A DNA stretch of 57,200 nt from a virus (Duplodnaviria; Caudoviricetes). Positions within the stretch are counted from its first letter, which is position 1, and the number at the start of each line of letters is the position of its first letter. Positions 1 to 8,937 of the stretch are shown here, in pieces. The stretch covers positions 1 through 57,200 of the IMG/VR virus record IMGVR_UViG_3300032331_001209; one strand, 5' to 3'. Under the pieces are notes generated by a model. The model was not told the origin of the DNA, searched no databases, and saw only the letters and a list, made by a program, of their open reading frames with translations. The translations under genes were made by a program, and so were the position numbers.

Positions 1-156
1 CTCCGCACCTACAGCGGGACGTTCATCCACTCGGTGAGCAACCTCATCACCGCGAACCAGCTAGCCCGAGGGCTGGGCGTCAAGGTCAAGGTCTTCAAGC
101 GCACGCCCGAGGGCGAGGTGCTGATGTCCTTCAACGGCCCCAAGAACTGGGAATGA
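1..156 (+). CDS. 3' end of a hypothetical protein (partial)
   Basis: Frame 1 is open from the window edge (LRTYSGTFIH...GPKNWE*); its TGA overlaps the next ATG (ATGA). Confidence 0.6.
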   Translation, partial: LRTYSGTFIHSVSNLITANQLARGLGVKVKVFKRTPEGEVLMSFNGPKNWE

Positions 157-518
157 TGTCCGAGGAGCACACCTGTTCATGGGCGACTCCCGATGGTTGC
201 CGCGAAAGCTGGGTAGTGCCCCGCCTGTGGGAAGCGTCGAAGGGCCTCCCCGTGACCGAGGTCGAGCTCGACACCCTTGAAGAAGTCACCCTCTCCTACG
301 GGTGGTTACGTCACTGTCGGGATGACTCGCACCCGAGGGTCATAACCGAGATGGAGCGGGTGATCGACGCCGACCTCTCGTATCCCATCATCCTCCACCC
401 AGCCGGATGGCTGATGGACGGCTACCACCGTGTGGCGCGGGCGTTGCGGGAAGGGCGCAAGACCCTGCCCGCCGTGCGGTTCACCTACCGGACGTTGCCC
501 CCGCCGTCGAACGACTAG
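153..518 (+). CDS. ParB/sulfiredoxin-like N-terminal domain protein
   Basis: YPIILHPAGWLMDGYHRVARA matches the PI-x-DGxHR signature of ParB-N/Srx folds. Confidence 0.7.
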   Translation: MMSEEHTCSWATPDGCRESWVVPRLWEASKGLPVTEVELDTLEEVTLSYGWLRHCRDDSHPRVITEMERVIDADLSYPIILHPAGWLMDGYHRVARALREGRKTLPAVRFTYRTLPPPSND

Positions 519-910
519 ACGGGCTTCGCCCCGTTGCCGTCCCACGGCAGGGCGAACCCACCCGCGATCATCTTCTGGCTGACAGACACGGTATCGCCGG
601 GGAGGTAGATGTCCGCGAGCCACCGACCGTACTTGTCGGTCTTGTGTGACACTACTTGTAGTGCCTTCCCGACGATGAGGGCCTCCAGCGCCGCCTTGGA
701 CACGAGCCCACGAGGCTTCTGCGCCCCCTCAATCTCCGGGGCGTTGATCCCGTTCAGACGGAACGTGACTTCCGCCGTCTTGGTGAGGCTCATGGTGTCG
801 CGGACGTAGAAGCCGAAGTCCACGTCCTGCGTGAAGGTCTTGGCGAGGCGCAGCACCACCGTGTCGCCGTCGATCACTCGCACGCACGTCCCGTCATAGT
901 TGTAGTCCAC
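515..910 (-). CDS. Thermonuclease (SNase-like)
   Basis: RVIDGDTV, RLNGINAPE and DKYGRWLA are the canonical staphylococcal nuclease motifs. Confidence 0.9.
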   Translation of the reverse strand: MDYNYDGTCVRVIDGDTVVLRLAKTFTQDVDFGFYVRDTMSLTKTAEVTFRLNGINAPEIEGAQKPRGLVSKAALEALIVGKALQVVSHKTDKYGRWLADIYLPGDTVSVSQKMIAGGFALPWDGNGAKPV

Positions 911-921
911 GGATCACCTGT

Positions 922-2286
922 TCAGTAGTCAATGTTCTCCCCCGTACCTGTACGGGAGCGAATCTGGATTCCGTTCGGCACGTTGTCCTTGTCGGTGGAC
1001 ATCGGGAACACGGCGTCGGGCGTGACGGGCCACGGAGCGCCATCTTGACGGTCGTAGGTCTCCCGGTACGGGCGGTACGGGTAGCGGGTCTGCGGCCACG
1101 GGAGATTGGGCGAGGCCAGCACGATCTCCACGGGCACGTCGTACCGAATGTCGTTCGGGTCGAGGTACTGGATGTTGAAATGCTGCTGCATCACGTTCCC
1201 ACGGTTTGTGGGGCGACGCACCGGGCCGACGGAGTACCGCTCGTTGTTCTGCTTGAGGATGAAGTCCCTCATCGAGATGATGGGCGAGAAGCTCATCCAC
1301 ACCTCGTAGCTGTGCTCCTTGCGGCGACCCGTGATCGTCTGGCTGATCTTCTTCTCGGCGTCGTCGGGCGCTACGAGAATGTCGTAGGGGCCTTCGTACC
1401 CGCCGATGAAGCCCGTCCCGTAGCACACCTTGCAGCGGTTGCTGGGCTGCTTGCTGTACGCCCGGGACTGCGGGTCGATTTCTCCCGAGCACGGACAGGG
1501 CATCCCGCTGACCTTCTGGACGAAGAGCTTCACACGCTCGCCGCCCTGCTCCAAGATCCAACGGTTCCGGCGCATGGCCTCCCGCCAGATGTAGTCTAGC
1601 TGCTCGATCTGCGTGTCGCTGGCGGGCATGGTCTGGTCGAGGGGCGTCTCGATGTACCCAGTGGTCGAGCCTTCACACACGGCTACCGTGGTCACCCGGT
1701 AGAACAGCTTGCGGTCGATCATCGTGTTCGGGAACAGGATGTTCCTCGCCGTGTAGTAGCTGACCACCACGGCGCTGTCCGGGCCGGGGAGCGGGGCCTC
1801 GACGTTGCGGTCGTTGCGGGGGTCGATGTCCACCTGCGTCTGGAGGGTGATTTCTCCCGTCTGGCCAAACACCGAGCCCACCCAAGCGGGCACGCCGTCG
1901 ATGGTGACCAGCACGTCCTCCGGGGAGTTCGCAGGCACCCCTTGCGACCGGGGCTTGAAGATCGGATGGCGGGTCTTGAACGTCCAGCGGGCCACGTTCG
2001 GCGCGTCGCCCCGGGACTGCCACCCGCCGTCCCACGGGATGACCTCGTTGGCTACCTGCGCGATGTCCGTGAAGTCCCGGTAGAACGTCCCCGACACCGG
2101 GTAGCTGTTGAGGCGCTTGAACGGCCCTCGGTCGCTCGCCTCCGAGCGGTAGACGTTGACGCCCACCACGTTGTAGGCCGTGTTCGCCCCGATGAGCGAG
2201 GGGTCGTCCCAGCGGATGTCGAAGACGCCCTTGCCGAAGGGCGACACGACCATCGTGTTCAGCGGCGGCTGCGGGTACAGGGACAT
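922..2286 (-). CDS. Putative virion structural protein (neck/head-completion-like)
   Basis: 454 aa; FN3-like N-terminus (IRW...GVNVYRS...FYRVTTV) and a CPC...CxxCxGTG zinc motif; late-type upstream motif at 2300-2314. Confidence 0.5.
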   Translation of the reverse strand: MSLYPQPPLNTMVVSPFGKGVFDIRWDDPSLIGANTAYNVVGVNVYRSEASDRGPFKRLNSYPVSGTFYRDFTDIAQVANEVIPWDGGWQSRGDAPNVARWTFKTRHPIFKPRSQGVPANSPEDVLVTIDGVPAWVGSVFGQTGEITLQTQVDIDPRNDRNVEAPLPGPDSAVVVSYYTARNILFPNTMIDRKLFYRVTTVAVCEGSTTGYIETPLDQTMPASDTQIEQLDYIWREAMRRNRWILEQGGERVKLFVQKVSGMPCPCSGEIDPQSRAYSKQPSNRCKVCYGTGFIGGYEGPYDILVAPDDAEKKISQTITGRRKEHSYEVWMSFSPIISMRDFILKQNNERYSVGPVRRPTNRGNVMQQHFNIQYLDPNDIRYDVPVEIVLASPNLPWPQTRYPYRPYRETYDRQDGAPWPVTPDAVFPMSTDKDNVPNGIQIRSRTGTGENIDY

Positions 2287-2299
2287 ACCCTAGCGGGGG

Positions 2300-2314
2300 G
2301 ATAAGGCGGGAAAC
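2300..2314 (-). promoter_or_regulatory. Putative late promoter (GTTTCCCGCCTTATC)
   Basis: Member of the recurring GyTw-N5-yCTATm family in short intergenic gaps upstream of structural and cargo genes. Confidence 0.55.
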
Positions 2315-2320
2315 GGCGGG

Positions 2321-3043
2321 TCAGTGCCAGACGGAGAACTCGTACTTGTAGTTGATCTTGTTGGCCTTGAGCCAGTCGTCGAAGTCGTCCCAAGAGATGC
2401 CCTTCAGCGCGTCCGGGCTGGCCGTGAGCATCTGGTAGAACTTCCGAGCCGCCGTGGCGGACGACGACTTGATGATGGTGTAGTGCGGGTCCGACTGCTC
2501 AAAATCGCTGTTGGGCGAGTAGGACTTGAACTCCAGCCACTCGGCCTTCACCGAGAAGTTCTTGCCGTACACCGTGATGGGCTCGACGTTCTCGGGCACC
2601 ACCGAGAGGTAGTTCACGAGGTCGTCGTACCACTTCACGCCAGAGAGGTCTCGCATCGGGTCGTACCCCGGCGTGGCGTGGGCTCGCACGTCGGCAAGCA
2701 CCTTCTCGCTGGTCATCGCGCCGAAGATCTTGTCCTTGATCGTGTCGAACGAGTCCATCGCGGAAATCTTGCCGTAGTGGCGGATGAGGTTGATGGGCAT
2801 CCACGCATCGAACTTCGTGGAGAAGTAGGGGTTCCGCAACTCGGACACGCGGAGCTTGCGCTTCCCCTTGGCCGGGAGCTCCTCCAGCTTGAACTCGTAG
2901 GGGTTCCACGTCAGACGCCACCCGTCACCGACGAAGACACCTTCCGTGGCCCCCGCCGTCTTCTTGAGGATGGGCAGGAGGTGAGGGCGAAGGGCGGGCT
3001 GCTGATGGGCCAGACGGATCAGCTTGGAACGGAGTGTTGACAT
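2321..3043 (-). CDS. Leader-bearing protein 1 (conserved N-terminal leader + unknown domain)
   Basis: GAGAGGA Shine-Dalgarno 6 nt before the ATG at 3043; begins MSTLRSKLIRLAHQQPALRPHLLPILKKTA. Confidence 0.8.
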   Translation of the reverse strand: MSTLRSKLIRLAHQQPALRPHLLPILKKTAGATEGVFVGDGWRLTWNPYEFKLEELPAKGKRKLRVSELRNPYFSTKFDAWMPINLIRHYGKISAMDSFDTIKDKIFGAMTSEKVLADVRAHATPGYDPMRDLSGVKWYDDLVNYLSVVPENVEPITVYGKNFSVKAEWLEFKSYSPNSDFEQSDPHYTIIKSSSATAARKFYQMLTASPDALKGISWDDFDDWLKANKINYKYEFSVWH

Positions 3044-3068
3044 GGGCATTCCTCTCACATCCCGCAGA

Positions 3069-3083
3069 TATAAAGGGACCAAC
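3069..3083 (-). promoter_or_regulatory. Putative late promoter variant (GTTGGTCCCTTTATA)
   Basis: Same GTT...TAT spacing as the other copies; upstream of leader protein 1. Confidence 0.4.
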
Positions 3084-3086
3084 GAC

Positions 3087-3695
3087 GTGTGGCATGTCTA
3101 CGTCCTCACCAGCACCGTTCGGGCTGTCACCTACGTCGGCTGCACCAATGACGTGGAGCGCCGGGTGCGGCAGCACAACGGAGAACTTTCTGGGGGTGCC
3201 CGGTTCACCCAGCGGTGGCGACCGTGGGAGCTTGGGGCGGTGTACGGGCCGTTTGACGGGAGGGGTGATGCCCAGCGGGCCGAGAGGCTGGTGAAGCGCC
3301 TACGAGGCCGGGAGAGACTGTCAGCGAAGGCCAGCGCGCTCGTCCGCCCGCTCACGCTCCGCGAGGTCGCGATCCCAAGCCGCCCAAGAGGGAGCACCGT
3401 AGGCGGGCTCGATCTCCCGCCAGTGACGGCGACCATTGGGGTTGATCCCCGAGGCTTCGATGCGGGCGAGGAGACCCGCAAACACGTCGGGCACTTCGCT
3501 CCAAGCGGTGACCTCCGTGTAGTCGTGGGCGAAGCGCCGCCCCGTCGCCGTCTCCTCCGCGATCACGAACCAGAGGTGGCCGACCCGCTCGTCGCCATCC
3601 TCCGTGAGGCCGATGGAAACGAGGTTGTCGCGAAGGGCGAAGGTGAAAGAGGGAGCGTTCATGCCCTTCCCACGGAGCCGGGGCGACGGTCGTAA
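3087..3695 (+). CDS. SLX1-like GIY-YIG nuclease (domain ends near 3320; frame runs on antisense to the next gene)
   Basis: HVYVL...TYVGCTNDVERRVRQHNG...GGARFT...RPW...AQRAE is the GIY-YIG/SLX1 pattern. Start codon and true end are uncertain. Confidence 0.75.
   Translation: MWHVYVLTSTVRAVTYVGCTNDVERRVRQHNGELSGGARFTQRWRPWELGAVYGPFDGRGDAQRAERLVKRLRGRERLSAKASALVRPLTLREVAIPSRPRGSTVGGLDLPPVTATIGVDPRGFDAGEETRKHVGHFAPSGDLRVVVGEAPPRRRLLRDHEPEVADPLVAILREADGNEVVAKGEGERGSVHALPTEPGRRS
3321..3662 (-). CDS. Hypothetical protein
   Basis: ATG at 3662 preceded by GGGAAGGG; plausible composition (ends EPAYGAPSWAAWDRDL...). Confidence 0.6.
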   Translation of the reverse strand: MNAPSFTFALRDNLVSIGLTEDGDERVGHLWFVIAEETATGRRFAHDYTEVTAWSEVPDVFAGLLARIEASGINPNGRRHWREIEPAYGAPSWAAWDRDLAERERADERAGLR

Positions 3696-3743
3696 CCAAG
3701 ATTCGTCGCGCCTCGTGGAAAACCCGATTTCTCGTGGGGGTGC

Positions 3744-3751
3744 GGGCGTAA
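3744..3751 (+). promoter_or_regulatory. GGGCGTAA promoter-like motif
   Basis: Exact copy of the motif seen upstream of replication genes; ATG 8 nt downstream. Confidence 0.5.
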
Positions 3752-3806
3752 GGCTGGGCATGACGATCCCCGGTTACACCGTGACCCTCGCCTCCGTGGT
3801 GCGGTC

Positions 3807-4991
3807 ATGACCGCCGCCCTCCCCCGCCCCGTCGTCCACTACGAGATGATCCGGCGCGACCCGCGCAACCCGCTGCGGGTGTTCCCCGAGGACCTGAAGT
3901 CGAAGATCCTCCACGATCCCTTCAACGAGCGGGGCGACAACCCCCTGCCCGCGCAGACGGTGAGTGCGTACAGCACCACCTACAACATGATGCGTTCGGC
4001 CATCGCCTACGAACGCACGGGCCAACAAGTGGTGGTGCTGGGTCCCCGGATGCAGGAGGCGTTCGCCAACACCTCGTTGTCCGAGGTGAGCCCGGAGCAC
4101 GTTCGGTTCCCGCACTCCTGCTTCTACCTCGCCACGCCGGGAAGCAAGATCAAGCTCTGGGGCGGTAGTGACACGGGCTGGCACCGGGTCGAGGGTGCCT
4201 ACATCATGGAGGAACCCACGGAGCCGGGGGTGCTCTCCATGCTCATCTGGGGCGCGGCCAACGAACGGTCGAAGGCCCCCACGGATGATGCGACGTTCTG
4301 GTTCGCCATGAAGATCGGCAGCGGCGCGACGGTCAACCTCGACAGCGACCTTGAAAGCCGCCTCGACGACAACGAGCTCCGCGAGGGCACCCTGCGGAAC
4401 ATCGAACTGGAATCCGCCGTCACCCGCATGGACCTCGACGCGCGGGTGAACGGGGTTCTGGACAACCGCCACGCGAACATCAGCGACCGGCTCGCGAACA
4501 TCCCTCAATCCGAAGAGCTCGCGCGGGAGGTGAAGGGTCAGGTCAAGGCGTTCCTGCGGATCGCCATCAACACCCTGCTCTACATCAACAGCACATCTTG
4601 CGAGACCAAGACCTCCGACAACGAGGCCCAGCGCAAGGAGCTTGAGCAAGCCCTCGCCCGCAAGAAGCACAAGAACGGCAAGGACGCCAAGAAGCTAGGG
4701 CGCGACCTCGACAACCTGCCCAAGTACCGGGTGACGTGGATCGGCCCCACCATCGAAACAAGCGCGGGAAGTGAAACCGACCTCACGGGCACGCGCTCCG
4801 TGAAGGGCCACGTTCGCCGGGGCCATTGGCACACCTACCGGGTGGGGCCGCGAAAGACCGAGGCTGGCGAGAAGATCGACGCCGCGCTGCGGAAGTCGTC
4901 GCTGAAGTGGATCGCCCCCGTGTGGGTCGGGAGCGGTGCGCCCGAGGACAAGCCCCGTGTCTACGGGGTGAGGGAACCCGTCAGCCCGTGA
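3807..4991 (+). CDS. Hypothetical phage protein with C-terminal HxRRGHW motif
   Basis: 394 aa with strong GC3 codon bias; VKGHVRRGHWHTY...WIAPVWVG motif typical of uncharacterised phage proteins. Confidence 0.8.
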   Translation: MTAALPRPVVHYEMIRRDPRNPLRVFPEDLKSKILHDPFNERGDNPLPAQTVSAYSTTYNMMRSAIAYERTGQQVVVLGPRMQEAFANTSLSEVSPEHVRFPHSCFYLATPGSKIKLWGGSDTGWHRVEGAYIMEEPTEPGVLSMLIWGAANERSKAPTDDATFWFAMKIGSGATVNLDSDLESRLDDNELREGTLRNIELESAVTRMDLDARVNGVLDNRHANISDRLANIPQSEELAREVKGQVKAFLRIAINTLLYINSTSCETKTSDNEAQRKELEQALARKKHKNGKDAKKLGRDLDNLPKYRVTWIGPTIETSAGSETDLTGTRSVKGHVRRGHWHTYRVGPRKTEAGEKIDAALRKSSLKWIAPVWVGSGAPEDKPRVYGVREPVSP

Positions 4992-5385
4992 GCTTCGACA
5001 GGAGGGTGGGCTTGAAGTACAAGTCGCGCTCGACCAGCGGGAGCCCGCGACGGTTCGCGTTCTCCAGTTCCGACAGGGAGATGTAGCCGAGCTCACCACC
5101 ACCGTGGCCGAGGTCCGCCCAGCCAAACATCTCGTCCGCCCCGTCCCACTCGGTGATGTACCAAGTCGCCCCGCTGTACGGGGAGAAGAGCTTGACGTAG
5201 GCGATGGGGTCCGCGACGTTCTCCTGCGCCCGCATCCGAGGGACCTTCACGCCCTTGGGCATGAGGGTGTGCTTCCGCACCCGGTCGAGGGGCGACGCCG
5301 CTTCCTTCAGCAGCGGAAGAAGGTGGGAGCGCAGCCCGGGCGTCTCGTGGGCGAGACGGATCAGCTTGGTGCGAAGGGTGGTCAC
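4981..5385 (-). CDS. Leader-bearing protein 2 with DUF2958-like domain
   Basis: AGGAG SD then GTG at 5385; leader TTLRTKLIRLAHETPGLRSHLLPLLKEAA; body VKLFSPYSGATWYITE...FGWADLGHGGGELGYISLSEL...VERDLYF resembles DUF2958. Confidence 0.8.
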   Translation of the reverse strand: MTTLRTKLIRLAHETPGLRSHLLPLLKEAASPLDRVRKHTLMPKGVKVPRMRAQENVADPIAYVKLFSPYSGATWYITEWDGADEMFGWADLGHGGGELGYISLSELENANRRGLPLVERDLYFKPTLLSKLTG

Positions 5386-5411
5386 GGTGAGGTCTCCTAC
5401 GTCTTTCCTTT

Positions 5412-5426
5412 GATAGACCCGGTAGC
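5412..5426 (-). promoter_or_regulatory. Putative late promoter (GCTACCGGGTCTATC)
   Basis: Nearly identical to the 14718-14732 copy (TGACCGCTA-nnn-GGTCTATC). Confidence 0.6.
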
Positions 5427-5428
5427 GG

Positions 5429-8400
5429 TCACGGGTTGATGTCGATGCCGACGAGGCCACGGCACAAGCTCGTCGCGAACGTCGCGGAGACGTTCGCGAA
5501 GTTCAGCGCCTTGCCCGTCACGTTGACCTTGATGATGATCTTCACCAGCACGGGGCACTTGCCCTCGCCGTTGATGAACAGGGCGGCGGGCGACAGGTTC
5601 ACCGTGATGTCCGTGTAATGGATCTGCGACGCGGTGTCGGTACCCGTGGCAGAAGTCACCAAGCACCCGGCACCGTCGAGGGCGAGGTCTTGCTTGGACG
5701 GGCCAGCACCGTCGGGGCGTCCCGCGTCCATCCACGTCGTGAGCCCCGGCACCTTGACCATCACGGCCATGCCCGTGGCTCCCGGCGCGGTGGGGGGCGT
5801 GTACTGGAAGTCGAGGATGTCCACGCCCCACAGGCGGAAGTTCACCGTGGAGGCACCTGCGTTGCCCGCACCCGCGTCGAACGCCCGGTTGTAAGCCCGG
5901 TCATTCACGCACACCGAGTAGTTTAGTCCCGCCGGGGCGTACCCAACAGCATAGTTCGTCTGCGGGTAGATGAGCACCCCGCGCGACGGGAACGGAGAAG
6001 TCAGTCCCTCCGTGTACTCCGGGTTGCGCGGGGGGAGGCCAGCGACTTGGAGCTCGTTGACGGTGACCGTGGCGAGGTTCACCATGTTGACACCTTGGAA
6101 GTACCAGCCGGGATAGTTGGGGTCGCCATTCACGGGCCTCACGGGGACCGAGATGGGCGCGGGACCACTGGGCAGTCCCGGCCCTTGCAGTTGCAAGTTG
6201 TCTGGGAGGCCCAGCGGGAACCAGTTCACCGGGTAGCGGTAGACCTCGTCCAAGAACCGCTCCGATACGTCCTTGGGGGCATTGAGCGTGGCCCGAGTTA
6301 CGTCGTCGGGATTGCCATACGGCACCAGCGCCGCCGTGTTGTCCTCCCGCATTGAGTGGAACAACACCGCCTTGCCCGTGGTATTGGCGAGGGTGAAGCC
6401 TCGCGCGGGAACACCCGTGCCACCAGAGTAGGGGAGGGGATAGCCCGTGGTGCCATCTACGTCGAGGAGCCGCCGCACGAACAGCCGCGCCTTCGCGTCC
6501 GTGGTGAATGCCGGGGTGACCGCATCTCCCGAGAATCGAATCGAGTTCAGCACGTTTCCAGCCGCACTGAAGGTGTACCGAAGGGGGTCGGGACTGGCGG
6601 GTGCAAAGGGGTCGAGGGAGTTCCCAGCTACGTCGGCGTAGCCAAACTCAATCCTCTGGCGGCGGTACTCGCCAAGTCCACCAAAAAACACGGGAAGAGC
6701 CGAGGAGATGCCTCCAGCAGCAGGGTTCTCCGTGCCCTCGTAGCTGAACGGGGAGAGGGACAGGAAGGCCAAGTTCTGATTGAGTGCGTACTTCCGCGAG
6801 TCACCTGCGAGCGTCCCCCCCGTGGGAATCACATCGTGGGTTCGGTAGCTGTCCGCGAAGACGTTGGTCACCTCAAGGTCGAGCACGTCGATCCCGAAAT
6901 TCGGGTCGTTCGCCGTCGTGCGGTCGATGGGAACGTAGTACCCGATGCCCGAGTAGAAGGTCAGTTGACCACCGTTGACGTAGGTCACGTCCAAGGTGAC
7001 GCTGGTGGGGGTGACCATGCCGCTGTTGTCTTCGATGACCTCCGAGCGGTTGACCGGGCTCGCCACCGAGGCCGTGGGCAGGGTAGTGATCTCGACGAGG
7101 TTCTGGAGCACGTCGTAGTTGGGGGTCACGCCCGTCCACTTGACGAGGTTGACCGAGTACACTTGGTCGTTCGTGGGGACTACCCCGTTGACGGCAAAGT
7201 TCTCGAAGTACGCTTCCTTCTTGAAGTGAACGAGGGCGTAGCTGTCGTCGGTGCGAGTGATTGCCGCCCCCGTCGCCAGCACGAAGCGGTGACGGTAGCG
7301 GGCAAGTTGGAAGCCCCAGAAGTCCGCCGCGAAGTCGTCGTAGTCGCCCGCCGGGTCAAGGAAGGGTACGCTGGCGGGTGCGATGGGGCTCGTGAACCGG
7401 GACTTCTCCGTCGCCGGGGTGTAGACCAGCCCCGAAGCCGCCGAGTAGTCCTTGAGGTACGGCAGTCGGTACGCGAGGAAGTTGCCCGCCGTGCCCCCGC
7501 CCCCGGTGCTGAACGAAAATCCCGGCAGGGAGGTGGCCGTTCCGATGGCGTTGTCGGTCGCGCCGAGGATGGGGAGTCCGCCCAAAGTCGTGGCGGGAGA
7601 GAACGTCACCGCCGCCGGGTCCGTGAGGAGCCGCACCTGTCCCGCTGCGGGGTTGAAGAACGGGTCTTCACCTGTCGTGGTCGAGAGCCCCGTGTGGATC
7701 TCATCGAGGTTGTATTGCCCCGCCGCACGGCCCGCGAAGTTGTACGGGCTCGCAGGAGCATCCGTGCCGCCCGCCCCATTCACAATGGTGAAGTCGCCCG
7801 GTGCAGTCCCGAGGTCGAGGAGGCTGATGCTGTTGCCGACGGTCCCCGTCGCGACGGGGATGATCTTCACGGTGCCGCCGCCCGTGGGCAGTGCCGCGAT
7901 GAGGGCCGGGAAGTACAGGTTGTTGAGGGCGAGGGCGAAGCTCTCCGAGGTCAAGATGTTCGACCCGAGAACTTGGAACTCGTAGGCGTTCGTCGGAGCA
8001 ACCGCCGTCGCCGTGAACGTCACGGGCGCGGCAGGCCCGCCCGGGAGTCCCGACAGGTCCACGAGAATCTGGTACGGGGCAGCGGGGTTGGTGTTGTTCG
8101 TGATGAACGCCGAGGCGCGAGTGCCGCCCGAGACCTCCGTGAAGATCCCCCCCGGCTCGCCGTCGCACCCGTTGTCGAGAATTCCCTTGCCGAGCAGGAC
8201 CGCCGCGACAACGACGTTCTGCACGTCGGCCACGCTCGCCGCCGCCGAGGGCTGCGGGTTCTCGCCCGAGGGCCACTTCACGAGGGCGAGGACTCCACGG
8301 TCAGCGGGAGACACGATCCCCGAGACGACCGCTGCGGGGTCTGCCACGGCGGACATGATGTTCCACGACGGGAATCCAATGGTGGACCCTCCCACGCTGA

Positions 8401-8935
8401 TCGTCGCGAAGCCCGCGTGGGTCTTGCCGTCACCGCCGCCCGTGTACACACCGTCGAGCACGTTGAACGTGGGGTCCGTGGCCGCGTCCACGCCCGTCCC
8501 CGAGATGCCCGCGCCCGTGGCGTTGACGGGTGCCCGGTAGTAGTAGGGGTAGACGGCGCGGGCGTCCGCCGCTGGGTTGCCCGTGAAAGGGAGGATGCCG
8601 TCCCAGAGCTTGAGGATGCCCCAGTCGGGCACGCCCGAGTTGGTGCTCCCGAGCCACGCGACACCCGAGCTCCCCACACCACCCATCGGAGGCGGGATGA
8701 GCGCGGCGAGGTCGTCGAGGGACACTTGGACGTTCATCCCCGTGTACCTGTCGTACAGGTCCACGGTCGAGATGGCCGTCGCCGGGTGCGCCCCCGAGGG
8801 GTTGTCAACGTGCGCCGCCAGAGAACTCGACGCTGGACCCACCTCGCCGGGAGTGAAGGACGAGGGGCTGACCGAGCCGGGAGAGGCGAGGCCACCGCCC
8901 GTGAGGATGCCGAGGGGGTCATTGGTACGGGGCAT
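5429..8935 (-). CDS. Large virion structural protein (tail fibre/baseplate-associated)
   Basis: 1168 aa, G/A/T/P/V-rich; N-terminal AHVDNPSGAHPATAIS fibre-type motif; 2 nt downstream of 8938-12186. Confidence 0.7.
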   Translation of the reverse strand: MPRTNDPLGILTGGGLASPGSVSPSSFTPGEVGPASSSLAAHVDNPSGAHPATAISTVDLYDRYTGMNVQVSLDDLAALIPPPMGGVGSSGVAWLGSTNSGVPDWGILKLWDGILPFTGNPAADARAVYPYYYRAPVNATGAGISGTGVDAATDPTFNVLDGVYTGGGDGKTHAGFATISVGGSTIGFPSWNIMSAVADPAAVVSGIVSPADRGVLALVKWPSGENPQPSAAASVADVQNVVVAAVLLGKGILDNGCDGEPGGIFTEVSGGTRASAFITNNTNPAAPYQILVDLSGLPGGPAAPVTFTATAVAPTNAYEFQVLGSNILTSESFALALNNLYFPALIAALPTGGGTVKIIPVATGTVGNSISLLDLGTAPGDFTIVNGAGGTDAPASPYNFAGRAAGQYNLDEIHTGLSTTTGEDPFFNPAAGQVRLLTDPAAVTFSPATTLGGLPILGATDNAIGTATSLPGFSFSTGGGGTAGNFLAYRLPYLKDYSAASGLVYTPATEKSRFTSPIAPASVPFLDPAGDYDDFAADFWGFQLARYRHRFVLATGAAITRTDDSYALVHFKKEAYFENFAVNGVVPTNDQVYSVNLVKWTGVTPNYDVLQNLVEITTLPTASVASPVNRSEVIEDNSGMVTPTSVTLDVTYVNGGQLTFYSGIGYYVPIDRTTANDPNFGIDVLDLEVTNVFADSYRTHDVIPTGGTLAGDSRKYALNQNLAFLSLSPFSYEGTENPAAGGISSALPVFFGGLGEYRRQRIEFGYADVAGNSLDPFAPASPDPLRYTFSAAGNVLNSIRFSGDAVTPAFTTDAKARLFVRRLLDVDGTTGYPLPYSGGTGVPARGFTLANTTGKAVLFHSMREDNTAALVPYGNPDDVTRATLNAPKDVSERFLDEVYRYPVNWFPLGLPDNLQLQGPGLPSGPAPISVPVRPVNGDPNYPGWYFQGVNMVNLATVTVNELQVAGLPPRNPEYTEGLTSPFPSRGVLIYPQTNYAVGYAPAGLNYSVCVNDRAYNRAFDAGAGNAGASTVNFRLWGVDILDFQYTPPTAPGATGMAVMVKVPGLTTWMDAGRPDGAGPSKQDLALDGAGCLVTSATGTDTASQIHYTDITVNLSPAALFINGEGKCPVLVKIIIKVNVTGKALNFANVSATFATSLCRGLVGIDINP

Positions 8936-8937
8936 GG

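Noticed and set aside
2954-3043. Leader read as a Sec/Tat signal peptide or a DNA-level mobile repeat
   Set aside because: No hydrophobic core or twin-arginine motif; the DNA copies differ at synonymous positions and show no terminal repeats.
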